Positions 1 through 10,280 of a DNA stretch of 64,000 bases are shown here, piece by piece. Position numbers and translations under genes: made by a program. Source of the DNA: Promethearchaeota archaeon (GTDB lineage Archaea > Asgardarchaeota > Lokiarchaeia > Sigyniarchaeales > SOKP01); NCBI GenBank assembly GCA_029838195.1, contig JALGVJ010000001.1, forward strand, positions 160,001-224,000. The letters are read 5' to 3'. The notes beneath the pieces were generated by a model. The model was not told the DNA's origin. It searched no databases and worked only from the letters and a program-made list of their open reading frames with translations. Each line of letters begins with the position of its first letter. Within the stretch, counting starts at the first letter, position 1.

Positions 1-123
1 AATGATATAGGCTAAATATCCATATTTTTCATTTCGCTGGAAAACATCAAAAAATAGAAAGATTCCCCATATGAGGAAAAATATCGTCAAAAGAATTATT
101 GCATTCAGTTCAAATTCAGCCAT
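1..123 (-). CDS. Membrane protein, 5' part only (runs off window start)
   Basis: Hand translation from ATG at 123: MAEFELNAIILLTIFFLIWGIFLFFDVFQRNEKYGYLAYII; open to position 1; hydrophobic helix. Confidence 0.7.
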   Translation of the reverse strand, partial: MAEFELNAIILLTIFFLIWGIFLFFDVFQRNEKYGYLAYII

Positions 124-252
124 TTAAATATCCACTCATTTTATTTTTATTTCATATTTATGTTAAATTTATTTATTATAATAATTTTAAAATTTTTAAA
201 TTCAAGGGTTTAAAAATGCCTTGAATTAATTTTTCGTGAAAATTTAAGTAAA

Positions 253-1629
253 TTATTTTTCAACCAATAGTTGTTCAATTGTTTTAATCATTTTTAAAGC
301 TTGTTCTTCATCGTCTGATTCAGCAGAAAGTAAGATGGCGTCCCGATTTAGCGCAACTTTGACAATACAAGTAGCCTCGTTTTCGATTATTTGTAATTCG
401 TTAATGATATCTTGATACTTCAAACCCACTTCATTAACTTTTTCAATTAATTTATTATGGATGTTTTCAATAGAATCCAAGTTGATATTGATTGATTTAT
501 TCACTTTTTTCCCTTTTGGAAATCCCTGGATGAGAGAACTAATTAAATCATTTTCTTTGCTCATGATATCTAATATTTTCAAGAGGATGAAATTCCCATC
601 ACTAAACGGTGCTAATTGGGGGAAATAAAATTTTAAAGTAATGGCGGCTCCGAAACAAGCACGCTCTTCTCTTACTTGCCGAGAAATCTCTCCCGGCGAA
701 TTATTAATTTGTTTGACGATAAATCCTTCCTCTTCAATAAAATCTTTAACAATTGGCGAAACGGACGTAGAGAGGATGATCTTGCTGGATTTGGATTTCT
801 GTATTTTCTCATCATGCCTAACAAATAACATGACCAGATCATCAAACCCGATTTCTAATCCATTTTCATCCAATACCAAAATGCGAGAGCCATCTACATC
901 GAAACATACTCCCATTTGACTATTTGATGCTTTCACGATATTTGCCGTGTTACGTAGTGTTTTTATGCTAGGAATGGCGTGGAGTGAGCGTTTTTTATAG
1001 TGCGTGTTTAAGGCAATAATTTCTACTCCTAAGTCATTAAATAAAATAGGCGTTGTTCTTCCTGTAGGGCCATAAGAACAATCCACAACGATCTTGAAAT
1101 TCGAATTCTTAATCCTTTCCTTATTTACAAATTGAGTTAATGATTTAATGTAGATATCTTCCGTTTGAGGAATGTTTGTAATATCCGATATATCTGTAGG
1201 CGCCATTCGCCGCACGCTTTTAGGATAATTGTTATATGCTTCAATGATTTTATTTATTTCTGATTGTGAAAATTCAAATCCTCCCGCATCTACAAATCGA
1301 ATACCCACATCAGAACTATAAAGATGTCCACCGGAGAAATAAATCCCTCCACTTGCACCAAAACGTCTAATCGTGAATTGTAGTAAAGGAAACGTGCACA
1401 CGGATAAATCTAACAATTTAACTCCAGTAGATAATACACCAGCTGAATAAGCAATTTTTAACATGCGACAATCATTATGATAATCCCGTCCCATAACAAG
1501 AGATTCATTCGAATTAAAAAAACTTCCATGAATTGAACCCAAGGAACTTGCGATTTCGGGAGTAAATAAGAAATTTGCTTTACCAATGATTCTTCCGTCT
1601 CTCAAGAGTTTAGATAAATCCTCGACCAT
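253..1629 (-). CDS. Alpha-D-phosphohexomutase (PMM/PGM)-fold protein with degenerate active site
   Basis: GRD, VVDCSYG and FDVDGSR motifs; phosphoserine loop reads SGGHLY rather than TASHNP; likely start ATG 1629 (ORF track uses TTG 1638). Confidence 0.8.
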   Translation of the reverse strand: MVEDLSKLLRDGRIIGKANFLFTPEIASSLGSIHGSFFNSNESLVMGRDYHNDCRMLKIAYSAGVLSTGVKLLDLSVCTFPLLQFTIRRFGASGGIYFSGGHLYSSDVGIRFVDAGGFEFSQSEINKIIEAYNNYPKSVRRMAPTDISDITNIPQTEDIYIKSLTQFVNKERIKNSNFKIVVDCSYGPTGRTTPILFNDLGVEIIALNTHYKKRSLHAIPSIKTLRNTANIVKASNSQMGVCFDVDGSRILVLDENGLEIGFDDLVMLFVRHDEKIQKSKSSKIILSTSVSPIVKDFIEEEGFIVKQINNSPGEISRQVREERACFGAAITLKFYFPQLAPFSDGNFILLKILDIMSKENDLISSLIQGFPKGKKVNKSININLDSIENIHNKLIEKVNEVGLKYQDIINELQIIENEATCIVKVALNRDAILLSAESDDEEQALKMIKTIEQLLVEK

Positions 1630-1959
1630 TAAAATCAATTATTATTTGGAATTTTCTTTTTCTAAATATAATTCAATAAAAATAATTAAATTATGGTTGA
1701 TATAATTAATCATTTTTTCTATTTCTTTTTTCTAAATAATAATAAAAAAGGGTAAAATTACATTTACACGATTACATTATTTATACGATTATCCTAAACT
1801 AAAAATATTTTAACGTTCTATTTTAGTGAAATATGAGGTAATTATTGAGAGGTCAAGATAATATTTCAAAATACGGGAATTCCACGTTAAATCCGTGATA
1901 AAATTAATGAATCATGAAGGATGTTAATATTCTAACTAATAGAAAAAAAGTCGCATTAC

Positions 1960-4900
1960 ATGAAAATTAAGAGAAACATTCGGCTAAAATACGAATTAAA
2001 TGGCAATATCTTTTCTCAACGTGGAGATATTGATTTTGGTGGAGATATTCAAAGAGTTAGAAAGTTTGTGGAGAAGATTAATCAAAAAAAAGAATTAATC
2101 AAAATTCCTGAACCTGCACTTCGTACCGGGTTGATTAATGGAGTCGATATAATTTTTGAGGTTTATAATTATTTATTAAAGATATATAAAAAAGAAATCA
2201 ATCAGGAAAATTTAAATGAAGAATTACACGAATATTTAAGAGAAGAGATGGGCGATGAGGATTTAGAGAAGATACTGATTTCATATTTAGAAGAATTTCC
2301 TCCTCCCGCAATTTTCAATAATGAATTAACCCCCAAGGAGTATTTAGAAAAGGAAATAGGAAACCGTAAAAATGAGGTTCTTCTTTTGGAGGATCTCATC
2401 ATTCTCTGGATTGGAAACGAAAATCCTTCTTTTACTCAATATCTAGAATTTTTTGATGATGAGATTTTAGAAAAGACTACAAATTATTCCATTTTTTTAG
2501 AGAAAACAATTACTTTTTTTGAAAATAAGCCTCCTTTCGGTCCAAAAAATGAATCCATAATAGAAATGTTACAGGAGCCTTCAAGAGAACATCCGAACTC
2601 GATAAAAGATCAATTAGAGTATATTTTAAAAAATTGGAGTCATTTAATTGGGGATCTTTATTATAAAATTCTCTTGGCCTTGGATTTAATCAACGAGGAG
2701 GAAAGATTAAGAGGGTTAGGGGCAGGAGAATCCAAGGTTTATGTATATGATCTGTCCGAGGAGGAGCATTATACTCCTGATAAAGATTGGATGCCCAAAG
2801 TCGTAATGATTGCAAAAAATGTATATGTTTGGTTGGATCAACTTTCTAAAAAATATGGACGTAACATTACAAAACTCCATGAAATTCCTGATGAAGAATT
2901 AGATATCTTAAGTAATCGAGGATTCACGGCTTTATGGCTCATTGGCGTTTGGGATAGAAGTCAAGCTTCTAAGACCATAAAACGATGGTGCGGAAATCCC
3001 GAAGCAGAAGCCAGTGCGTATTCCATTTATGATTACGTGATATCACCTGATTTAGGTGGTCCGGATTCTTTTTATAATTTAAAGGAAAGAGCATGGAGGC
3101 GAGGAATTAGATTAGCATGTGATATGGTCCCCAATCACATGGGAATCGTTTCAAAATGGACAATTGAACATCCTGATTGGTTTATTTCATTACCTTATCC
3201 CCCCTTTCCTTCGTATAGTTATACAGGAGCTAATTTATCCGGGCACCCGAATATAGGAATCTATTTGGAAGATAAATATTATACCCGAACAGATGCCGCC
3301 GTAACCTTCAAACATGTTGAATTTAATACGGGTATCACGCGCTATATTTATCATGGAAATGATGGAACGCACCTTCCATGGAATGATACGGCTCAATTAA
3401 ATTATCTTCTTCCTGAGGTTAGAGAAGCTGTCATTCAAAAAATAATAGAAATTTCGCGAATTTTTCCCATTATTCGATTTGACGCCGCAATGACTTTAAC
3501 CAAAAAACATTATCAACGACTTTGGTTTCCCGAACCAGGTACTGGTGGCGCAATTCCTTCCAGAGCAGAACATGGTCTCACGAAGGAAGAATTTGATAAA
3601 GCCATGCCAAATGAATTTTGGAGAGAAGTTGTCGATCGCATTAATATAGAAAATCCGGACACTCTTCTTTTAGCAGAAGCTTTTTGGTTATTGGAAGGAT
3701 ATTTTGTTAGAACTCTTGGCATGCATCGTGTATATAATTCAGCTTTCATGAACATGTTACGAGATGAAGATAATGCTAAATATAGGCAAGTATTAAAAAA
3801 TACCTTGGAGTTTGATCCTCAAATTTTAAAACGTTTTGTCAATTTCATGAATAATCCCGATGAAGAGACCGCAATAAAGCAATTTGGAACGGGAGATAAG
3901 TATTTTGGCACGTGTACTTTACTGGTTACCATGCCGGGATTACCCTTGTTTGGACATGGACAAATTGAAGGTTTTAAAGAAAAGTATGGAATGGAGTATA
4001 GACGAGCGTATTGGAACGAAGAAATTGATTGGGATCTTGTCAAGCATCATGAAGATACCATTTTTCCATTAATGAAAAAACGATATTTATTCGCAGACGT
4101 AGAACATTTTGTTTTATATGATTTTTGGGAAGGAGATCATGTGAACGAGGATGTATTTGCTTATTCAAATCGATACGGAAATGAAAAAGCTCTCGTAATT
4201 TATCACAATAAATTCGCTGAAACAAGAGGGTATATAAAAAATTCTGTTGCATTTAAAGGAACAAAAGAGAGTGAAACACTCACGCAAACCACGCTTGCAG
4301 AAGCATTAGATCTTCCAAAAGATAATTATTGCATTTTTAAAGATTTTAAAACTGGACTTGAATACATTAGAAAGAACGCAGATTTACATGAAAAAGGATT
4401 ATATATAGAACTTTTCGCTTATAAAGTATATGTTTTTATGGAATTTCAGGTGGTTCGTGATAATGAATTTTTTCATTATGCTAAATTACATGAATTTTTA
4501 GGCGGAAGAGGAGTTCCAAACATCCAAGAGGCTTTACAACAAATCATTTATCAACCATTACACAATGCTTTATCGGAGTTGTTAAATAAGAACATGTATG
4601 AAAAAATATTAAACATGAGGATGATTGATTCTAATGCTTTAGAAGAAATTGCCGCAAAATTACATTCCTTCTTCCAATTGGTTAAAAAATATACGAATCG
4701 CCACGTTATTGATGATTCAATAATAGTGGAAGAAATATTGACAAAAATTAAAATCATTAAGTCCATGGAACTTCTCATTTCTGAAATTTCGATTCCTCAA
4801 GATTTAAAAAGATTCCTAATTGATTTACCTCCTCAAGATGAGTTCGAAAATGCTATCTTGCTCACTTGGAATTTCATTCATCTTATTGGTAAACTTAATT

Positions 4901-5373
4901 CTAAAGAAAACCACGAACGAGAAAGCATTTATTGGATTGAAGAATGGCGGTTAACAGAAGTAATGAGAAATATTTTGGAAAAATTTAAGTTTCAAAACAC
5001 GAATGAAATTGAAAATGCAATTGCTCTTATTAAAATAATGATACTCTATCAAAAATGGTTTTTTAATATAGATATTAATGATAAAAAATCAGAGCACCTT
5101 TTAATTCAAATTTTTGGCGACAATTTAATCAAATCCTTTTTAAAAGTAAATCAATTTCAAGGAAAATTATGGTTTAATGCAGAGGCCTTCGATTCTCTTA
5201 TTAAATGGCTTTCTCTATTAGCAATAATCAACTCATTTGTGAAAAAAGATTCTTATTCTCACGAACGTCTTAAGGATTTTTTGATTACCATGAGATCTTG
5301 GAAATCTGCTGCTTTAAAATCTGAGTATCAAGTAAAAAATGTAATAGATATCATTAAATCTAAAAATCTTTAA
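1960..5373 (+). CDS. Large GH13 alpha-amylase-family glycoside hydrolase/transferase
   Basis: DMVPNH, IRFDAA (nucleophile), LLAEAFW (acid/base), NNPDE, PGLPLFGHGQ; long N- and C-terminal extensions. Confidence 0.9.
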   Translation: MKIKRNIRLKYELNGNIFSQRGDIDFGGDIQRVRKFVEKINQKKELIKIPEPALRTGLINGVDIIFEVYNYLLKIYKKEINQENLNEELHEYLREEMGDEDLEKILISYLEEFPPPAIFNNELTPKEYLEKEIGNRKNEVLLLEDLIILWIGNENPSFTQYLEFFDDEILEKTTNYSIFLEKTITFFENKPPFGPKNESIIEMLQEPSREHPNSIKDQLEYILKNWSHLIGDLYYKILLALDLINEEERLRGLGAGESKVYVYDLSEEEHYTPDKDWMPKVVMIAKNVYVWLDQLSKKYGRNITKLHEIPDEELDILSNRGFTALWLIGVWDRSQASKTIKRWCGNPEAEASAYSIYDYVISPDLGGPDSFYNLKERAWRRGIRLACDMVPNHMGIVSKWTIEHPDWFISLPYPPFPSYSYTGANLSGHPNIGIYLEDKYYTRTDAAVTFKHVEFNTGITRYIYHGNDGTHLPWNDTAQLNYLLPEVREAVIQKIIEISRIFPIIRFDAAMTLTKKHYQRLWFPEPGTGGAIPSRAEHGLTKEEFDKAMPNEFWREVVDRINIENPDTLLLAEAFWLLEGYFVRTLGMHRVYNSAFMNMLRDEDNAKYRQVLKNTLEFDPQILKRFVNFMNNPDEETAIKQFGTGDKYFGTCTLLVTMPGLPLFGHGQIEGFKEKYGMEYRRAYWNEEIDWDLVKHHEDTIFPLMKKRYLFADVEHFVLYDFWEGDHVNEDVFAYSNRYGNEKALVIYHNKFAETRGYIKNSVAFKGTKESETLTQTTLAEALDLPKDNYCIFKDFKTGLEYIRKNADLHEKGLYIELFAYKVYVFMEFQVVRDNEFFHYAKLHEFLGGRGVPNIQEALQQIIYQPLHNALSELLNKNMYEKILNMRMIDSNALEEIAAKLHSFFQLVKKYTNRHVIDDSIIVEEILTKIKIIKSMELLISEISIPQDLKRFLIDLPPQDEFENAILLTWNFIHLIGKLNSKENHERESIYWIEEWRLTEVMRNILEKFKFQNTNEIENAIALIKIMILYQKWFFNIDINDKKSEHLLIQIFGDNLIKSFLKVNQFQGKLWFNAEAFDSLIKWLSLLAIINSFVKKDSYSHERLKDFLITMRSWKSAALKSEYQVKNVIDIIKSKNL

Positions 5374-5587
5374 TTTTTTCCCCTGATAAATAAATAATTT
5401 AAAGTAATGAAAAAATCAGGAACCCTTTTCTGAATTTAATAAAAAATTTATTAGTATTTTAAAAGATAATATCGAATTTTTAATCCATGGAATTAAAATA
5501 ATAGCAATTTAAGTCAAAATCTTTTAAATAGGGTCTAATATAACTTAATGAGAAGCATGAAATAATAGATCTATCTATTCTTCATCA

Positions 5588-6739
5588 TTAAATGGTCATA
5601 CCTAAATCAAGTGATTTATCTCTTATTTGAATATTATCAGAAATCTTACAATTTGGGCCTACAACGGCTCTTTCTAACAGGACATTGTCTCCGATTTCAC
5701 AATTATTACATATTACGGTTTCCTTGATTATACATCCTTCTCCAATCTTCACGTTATCCCAAATCACGCTTTTCTCTACAATGGTATCTTGGCCAATACT
5801 AACATGATTCCCTATACTACATAATTCTTTTATTTTTACTCTATTTGCTAATTCCACGTATTCTCCAAAACAAGTCGTTCGTTCTATGATGACATCTTGC
5901 CCCGAATTTATAATTCCTGTAACAAAGATTCCATCGTACTCCGTCCCTTTAGGCGTAATGGGCCAAGCATATTTTCTCAAAAGGTCCCAATTCGCCCATA
6001 AATAAGTTTGAGCATTCCCACAATCTAACCAATAATAATCCTTAACAAATCCGAATAAATTATAATTATTTTCTAGTAAATATGGAAACACTTCTCCCCC
6101 AAAATCCATTAAACGTGTCTCATGTAAAATATCTCCCATCTTTTTATTAAAAGCATAAATCCCTGTATTTATAACATTAGTATGGAGAAATAAATCCGTT
6201 CTTTGTGCCATCGTACTTAAATATAACTCCATAGGTGCGGGTTTCTCCAAAAATAAATATATTCTACGATCACCATCTAAAAGCACGACACCATACTGAG
6301 ATATATGGGTATCCACCGTTTTCATCGATATCGTAGCTATACCGCCTTTCTTGAGGTGAAACTGCATGAATTCCTTCATGGGTAGATTCGTGACAATATC
6401 AGCCATCGAAACTATAATATTTTCAGAATCAAAGTGATCAGTGAGAAGCCTATAAGCATCAGCCGTTCCCTTGCTATCATTGATAATGCATTCTAATTCA
6501 ACATCCCCTAACCGTTCTTGAGTCCACGTTTTCTTAATATATTCTTCTAATTTTTTCCCCATGAAGGCTAACGCTACAATAATGTGTTTTATCCCAGCAT
6601 AGGTTAAATGAGCAATGGAAAAATCTATCATTGGGACATTTGCGACCTTGATTAGAGGTTTTGGAATTTCAGATGTTATTGGCATGAGCCTAGTTCCTTT
6701 TCCTCCAGCTAAGATCATGGCACTCCAATCTCTGGACAC
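5588..6739 (-). CDS. NDP-sugar pyrophosphorylase (mannose-1-P guanylyltransferase/GCD1-like) with C-terminal left-handed beta-helix
   Basis: LAGGKGTRLMPIT..PKPL, FLEKP, NTGIY, YWLDCGN; hexapeptide repeats; GTG start preceded by GGAGG. Confidence 0.9.
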   Translation of the reverse strand: MSRDWSAMILAGGKGTRLMPITSEIPKPLIKVANVPMIDFSIAHLTYAGIKHIIVALAFMGKKLEEYIKKTWTQERLGDVELECIINDSKGTADAYRLLTDHFDSENIIVSMADIVTNLPMKEFMQFHLKKGGIATISMKTVDTHISQYGVVLLDGDRRIYLFLEKPAPMELYLSTMAQRTDLFLHTNVINTGIYAFNKKMGDILHETRLMDFGGEVFPYLLENNYNLFGFVKDYYWLDCGNAQTYLWANWDLLRKYAWPITPKGTEYDGIFVTGIINSGQDVIIERTTCFGEYVELANRVKIKELCSIGNHVSIGQDTIVEKSVIWDNVKIGEGCIIKETVICNNCEIGDNVLLERAVVGPNCKISDNIQIRDKSLDLGMTI

Positions 6740-7075
6740 TTAGAAAACACCCTCCAAGATTAAAAACTATTAACTATTGTCTTGTAAAAAGATGTTATTT
6801 AAAGGATTAAAGGTTTGTGACCCTAAAATATTTTTTTTTAAAAATTACAACATAAAATGGATTAGTAAAAAATTTTCCTTTTGTTTACTAATATAAATTT
6901 GGCTTTATAATTTTAACGCTCGTTTAATGAATTTTAAGAATTCATTAAATGCTCTATTCTTTTAAATGATATATCCATTATCTATGATTCTCACGTTATT
7001 TAAATTAAGATTAAGGCCCTTTTATTAATGATAATTGCGTTCAAGCAATAACATGTCTTAAATTGCATGTAAAAT

Positions 7076-8365
7076 TTAAGAAAGGGCATGTTTTTTTTCT
7101 AAATCTTTTAAGGTTTCTCTAATTTTCCTTGCAGTTTGATGAGGAAGCATGCGGGCAACTCTCATGTCATCTGCTAATTCAGCACCTCCGATGATTTCAT
7201 GAGGGATTAAATCACCAAAAAGATGAAAATTAGCATCATAACCGAAAGGACAATTATTAAATAAGATATTCCGGTTAGGGTCAATATTTAGAGAGTCTAA
7301 TGCGATAGAGATTTTTTTTAATCCCTCTGCTAAATCTTTAAACTGATTAATATTTAATTGAGAAAATCTTCTCACGTGTTCTTTTGGATGAAATCGTATG
7401 TGATAATTTCTTACGGGGCTTCCTGTTGTATACCATATCCAATAGGGCGTTTTCATTATAATGCGATCACTATTTCCGTGAGTAGTTGTACAAAGTTGGC
7501 AATGATCTCCCATTTCTTTAAAAGCTTCCAAATATCCTTCCAAGCGGCTTCCATGACCGTCCATGTTTAAATCTATATAAATTTGTCCGTGGATTCTGGG
7601 TTGGCTCCCTCCTGCTTTTGTCCCGATATTAAAGAAAGGAGAAACAGGAATATCATAAAAATCTCGCTCAATTGCTTCTTGCACGCAATGGAGTATGGTT
7701 GCTTTCATGGATAAAAATATACCGGTCAATACATCCACGGGAATTAAATGAAAACAGCGAGAGGGATAAAAATGCCTTGAAATGGTAAGTAAATTAATAC
7801 CCCGGGCTAATTTGAGATGGGGTGGTAATTGTTTTTTGATTCGAATCTCTAAATCTTCATCAATGATTCTACACATGGCGGGATATCTATTTATTAAGGT
7901 GAGAGCTTTAACAGATTCATCAATTCTTACTGCCTTACGAGGCATTGCAGTGAAGGCATTATCTATTATCTTTTCATCTTCTGCAATCACCACGGTATAT
8001 CCATCTCCTAGAGGATTTCCTCTCTCATCTTTAATGATCTTTCCTTCTGTAATGGTCATGAAAATGTCTTTAATGCTTATTATGGTATCTTCCGAGCAAC
8101 GGATTTTTTCAATTTTCTTCTCAATATTTTCAATATTTTTAGGGCGTTTAGCACGAACGGGACTTAGATAAGCATAATGACCATAAAACCTTTTTTTTTC
8201 TTTTCTAAGCCCGAACTCTTTAGAATGGATGGTGACCGTGCTTAATGGGTCCCATCTTTTTATGGGAATATCATAGATATCTTTAAAATTATATTTTTTG
8301 ATTATGCCCCATTCCATAAATTTTATTTTTTTAGGATCAAGTCGTTCCATGATTTTTTCCCTCAA
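7076..8365 (-). CDS. GalT-branch HIT nucleotidyltransferase/NDP-sugar phosphorylase
   Basis: RWDPL, RAKRP, NRYPA, FFNIGTKAGGSQPRIHGQ (GalT HxHxQ-like), CQLC, GGAEL. Confidence 0.75.
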   Translation of the reverse strand: MREKIMERLDPKKIKFMEWGIIKKYNFKDIYDIPIKRWDPLSTVTIHSKEFGLRKEKKRFYGHYAYLSPVRAKRPKNIENIEKKIEKIRCSEDTIISIKDIFMTITEGKIIKDERGNPLGDGYTVVIAEDEKIIDNAFTAMPRKAVRIDESVKALTLINRYPAMCRIIDEDLEIRIKKQLPPHLKLARGINLLTISRHFYPSRCFHLIPVDVLTGIFLSMKATILHCVQEAIERDFYDIPVSPFFNIGTKAGGSQPRIHGQIYIDLNMDGHGSRLEGYLEAFKEMGDHCQLCTTTHGNSDRIIMKTPYWIWYTTGSPVRNYHIRFHPKEHVRRFSQLNINQFKDLAEGLKKISIALDSLNIDPNRNILFNNCPFGYDANFHLFGDLIPHEIIGGAELADDMRVARMLPHQTARKIRETLKDLEKKHALS

Positions 8366-8421
8366 TTTTATTTATTATTCCTATTTCAAGAGATTTCTTG
8401 ACAAAACTTATAATCAATAAA

Positions 8422-9309
8422 TTAGACGTGTTCATTTAACTTAATTTCTTTCTTTTTAATGCCAAGAATTCCGGGAATTTGTTCAATTTCATCTCGAATT
8501 TGATCATATTGTTCATCATTTAAGTGCACGTAAACTTCATAGAGACATTTATCGAGTTCCCTACATGCGCCTGCTGTATAAATGAGCTTGATGGAATTTT
8601 CGTGTTCTGAAAAAATTTTGGAAATTTGATGAATAATATTTATGTTCGTTTGTTCTCCGAATAGTATCATAATTTTTTGAACGGTGGTTTCATTAATAGG
8701 AATGACCTCTATTTTTATGGAATCACCTGTCATCCGATATCCGATAAAATAATTTTGCTTTTTCCGACTTGCTTCTCGTATTCTTGACAAAAAATTAAAA
8801 GATAAGGGAATAGATTTTCTCTCTTGTAAATTTTTGAAATTTATTAGCATTCCCTCCGTTTCAATATTTTTTAGAGCCAAACTTTTATAAAATTTTTGAA
8901 ATTCAGCGGTTAGGAGATTGTATGCATAGATTACCTTTTCTTTTTCACTAGGGGGTGGAAATGTTAAATAAAATGCTTTATACAAGTCTGGATATTCCCT
9001 TAAAGTGACAACTAAATCATTTAATATTTTTTCATAATACCCGTAATCGGGCTCTTCTTCTGATAAAATGATTGAGATTAAAATTAATTCTGTTCGGCCT
9101 CTTGCCCATTTTGAATCCAGTTTAAAGATCAAGTTTGCTGTTTTTATATTTTTTGAAAAATTATGAGTGAAAAACCCTTCTTCTTCTGTATAAATTAAAC
9201 TCTTTATTTGGTCCATGATCTCCTCACCCAGGTCGTCGCTTAAATTTTCTGGAATGGTGAAATAGATCTCTGCCCCGAGAATTCTATTGAAATAAATGAC
9301 AATTAGCAT
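8422..9309 (-). CDS. uDENN/longin-like domain protein with C-terminal ACT-like domain
   Basis: N-terminal YFNRILGAEIYFTIP...GFFTHNF...ARGRTELILISIIL pattern of Asgard DENN-like proteins; C-terminal beta-alpha-beta ACT-like pattern. Confidence 0.6.
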   Translation of the reverse strand: MLIVIYFNRILGAEIYFTIPENLSDDLGEEIMDQIKSLIYTEEEGFFTHNFSKNIKTANLIFKLDSKWARGRTELILISIILSEEEPDYGYYEKILNDLVVTLREYPDLYKAFYLTFPPPSEKEKVIYAYNLLTAEFQKFYKSLALKNIETEGMLINFKNLQERKSIPLSFNFLSRIREASRKKQNYFIGYRMTGDSIKIEVIPINETTVQKIMILFGEQTNINIIHQISKIFSEHENSIKLIYTAGACRELDKCLYEVYVHLNDEQYDQIRDEIEQIPGILGIKKKEIKLNEHV

Positions 9310-9429
9310 GAGAATAATTGATTATTTTTTTCTTTCAAAATCTAAAATTAATCATGCATAAAATTATTCATGGTCCTTTTTCATGTTTTTCTTTTTATTT
9401 TAAAAAGATTTGGATCATGTCATGTATTA

Positions 9430-9896
9430 AAAAATGTATTTCATGAGAATTCCGTTAAATTTAAACCTTCTAAAAGCCATTTTATGGCAATTTTCAAGCC
9501 TATCAAGTTTCTGGGAAATATACAAAACGTTCCATGTCTTTTTTGAAGTTAAAATGTCGAATTTTTCTTCCTTCACCATGGAAATAATTTTTTCACCACA
9601 TCCACTTAATCCCAATGAGAATAAGAGAGAAATACTTCATGAATAGGATACAGACCCATGGCTTTTAATTTAGTCATGATCTTTCTTGCTGATAAGGGGG
9701 ACGTCGTAGTATCAATCATTAAGCGTTCATCCTAATTTTCTATGATATAAATGCTCGCATTACCTTTCACTCCAAACATTTCCGCATCAATGAGATGCCA
9801 TTTCTCATTAAATTTCCCTTCGTATCTCACGAAATGGCTTTTCACGTCTATTAAGAATTTCTTTTTTTCATTGTCATTTTGAAAGAAATTAACCAG
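9430..9896 (-). pseudogene. Decayed metallo-beta-lactamase-fold hydrolase fragment
   Basis: Hand translation ...GKFNEKWHLIDAEMFGVKGNASIYIIEN*DERLMIDT...KLKAMGLYPIHEVF, frameshift, SYSHWD* (remnant HxHxDH); TAG at 9734-9732, TAA at 9608-9606. Confidence 0.65.
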
Positions 9897-10280
9897 ATAA
9901 ATGATTAAATAAATGTTTATTTAAATTTTTAATAAAACTTTTCCATGATAAGCTTGAAAATGAACGATTTTTATAATTTTATTTAAATTATTCGAATGAT
10001 GCTAAAAAATATTCAGCATACTATAATTGATTTTTAGAAAAATTTAATTTATATTTTAAAATAAGAAAGATATTTTTCTTCATTAGATTTTTGTAATAAT
10101 GGATTAATTTAAAAATTAAAACCTTAATAAGAAATACTTAAATAGGAAACAAGCTTATTGGGAATACCTTTAAAAAGGGAAGAAATATTAACCCGATAAA
10201 AAAAAAGATTTATATATAATCTTATAATAATTATCTATATAGAAAAATTACACCGGAAAATAGGTTGTAAGGCGATTTTA

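Noticed and set aside
6923-6949. 11-bp-arm inverted repeat TTTAATGAATT/AATTCATTAAA
   Set aside because: Almost all A/T in an AT-rich gap; chance occurrence plausible
9732-9734. Pyrrolysine readthrough of the in-frame TAG
   Set aside because: Same region has a frameshift and further stops, so decay is simpler
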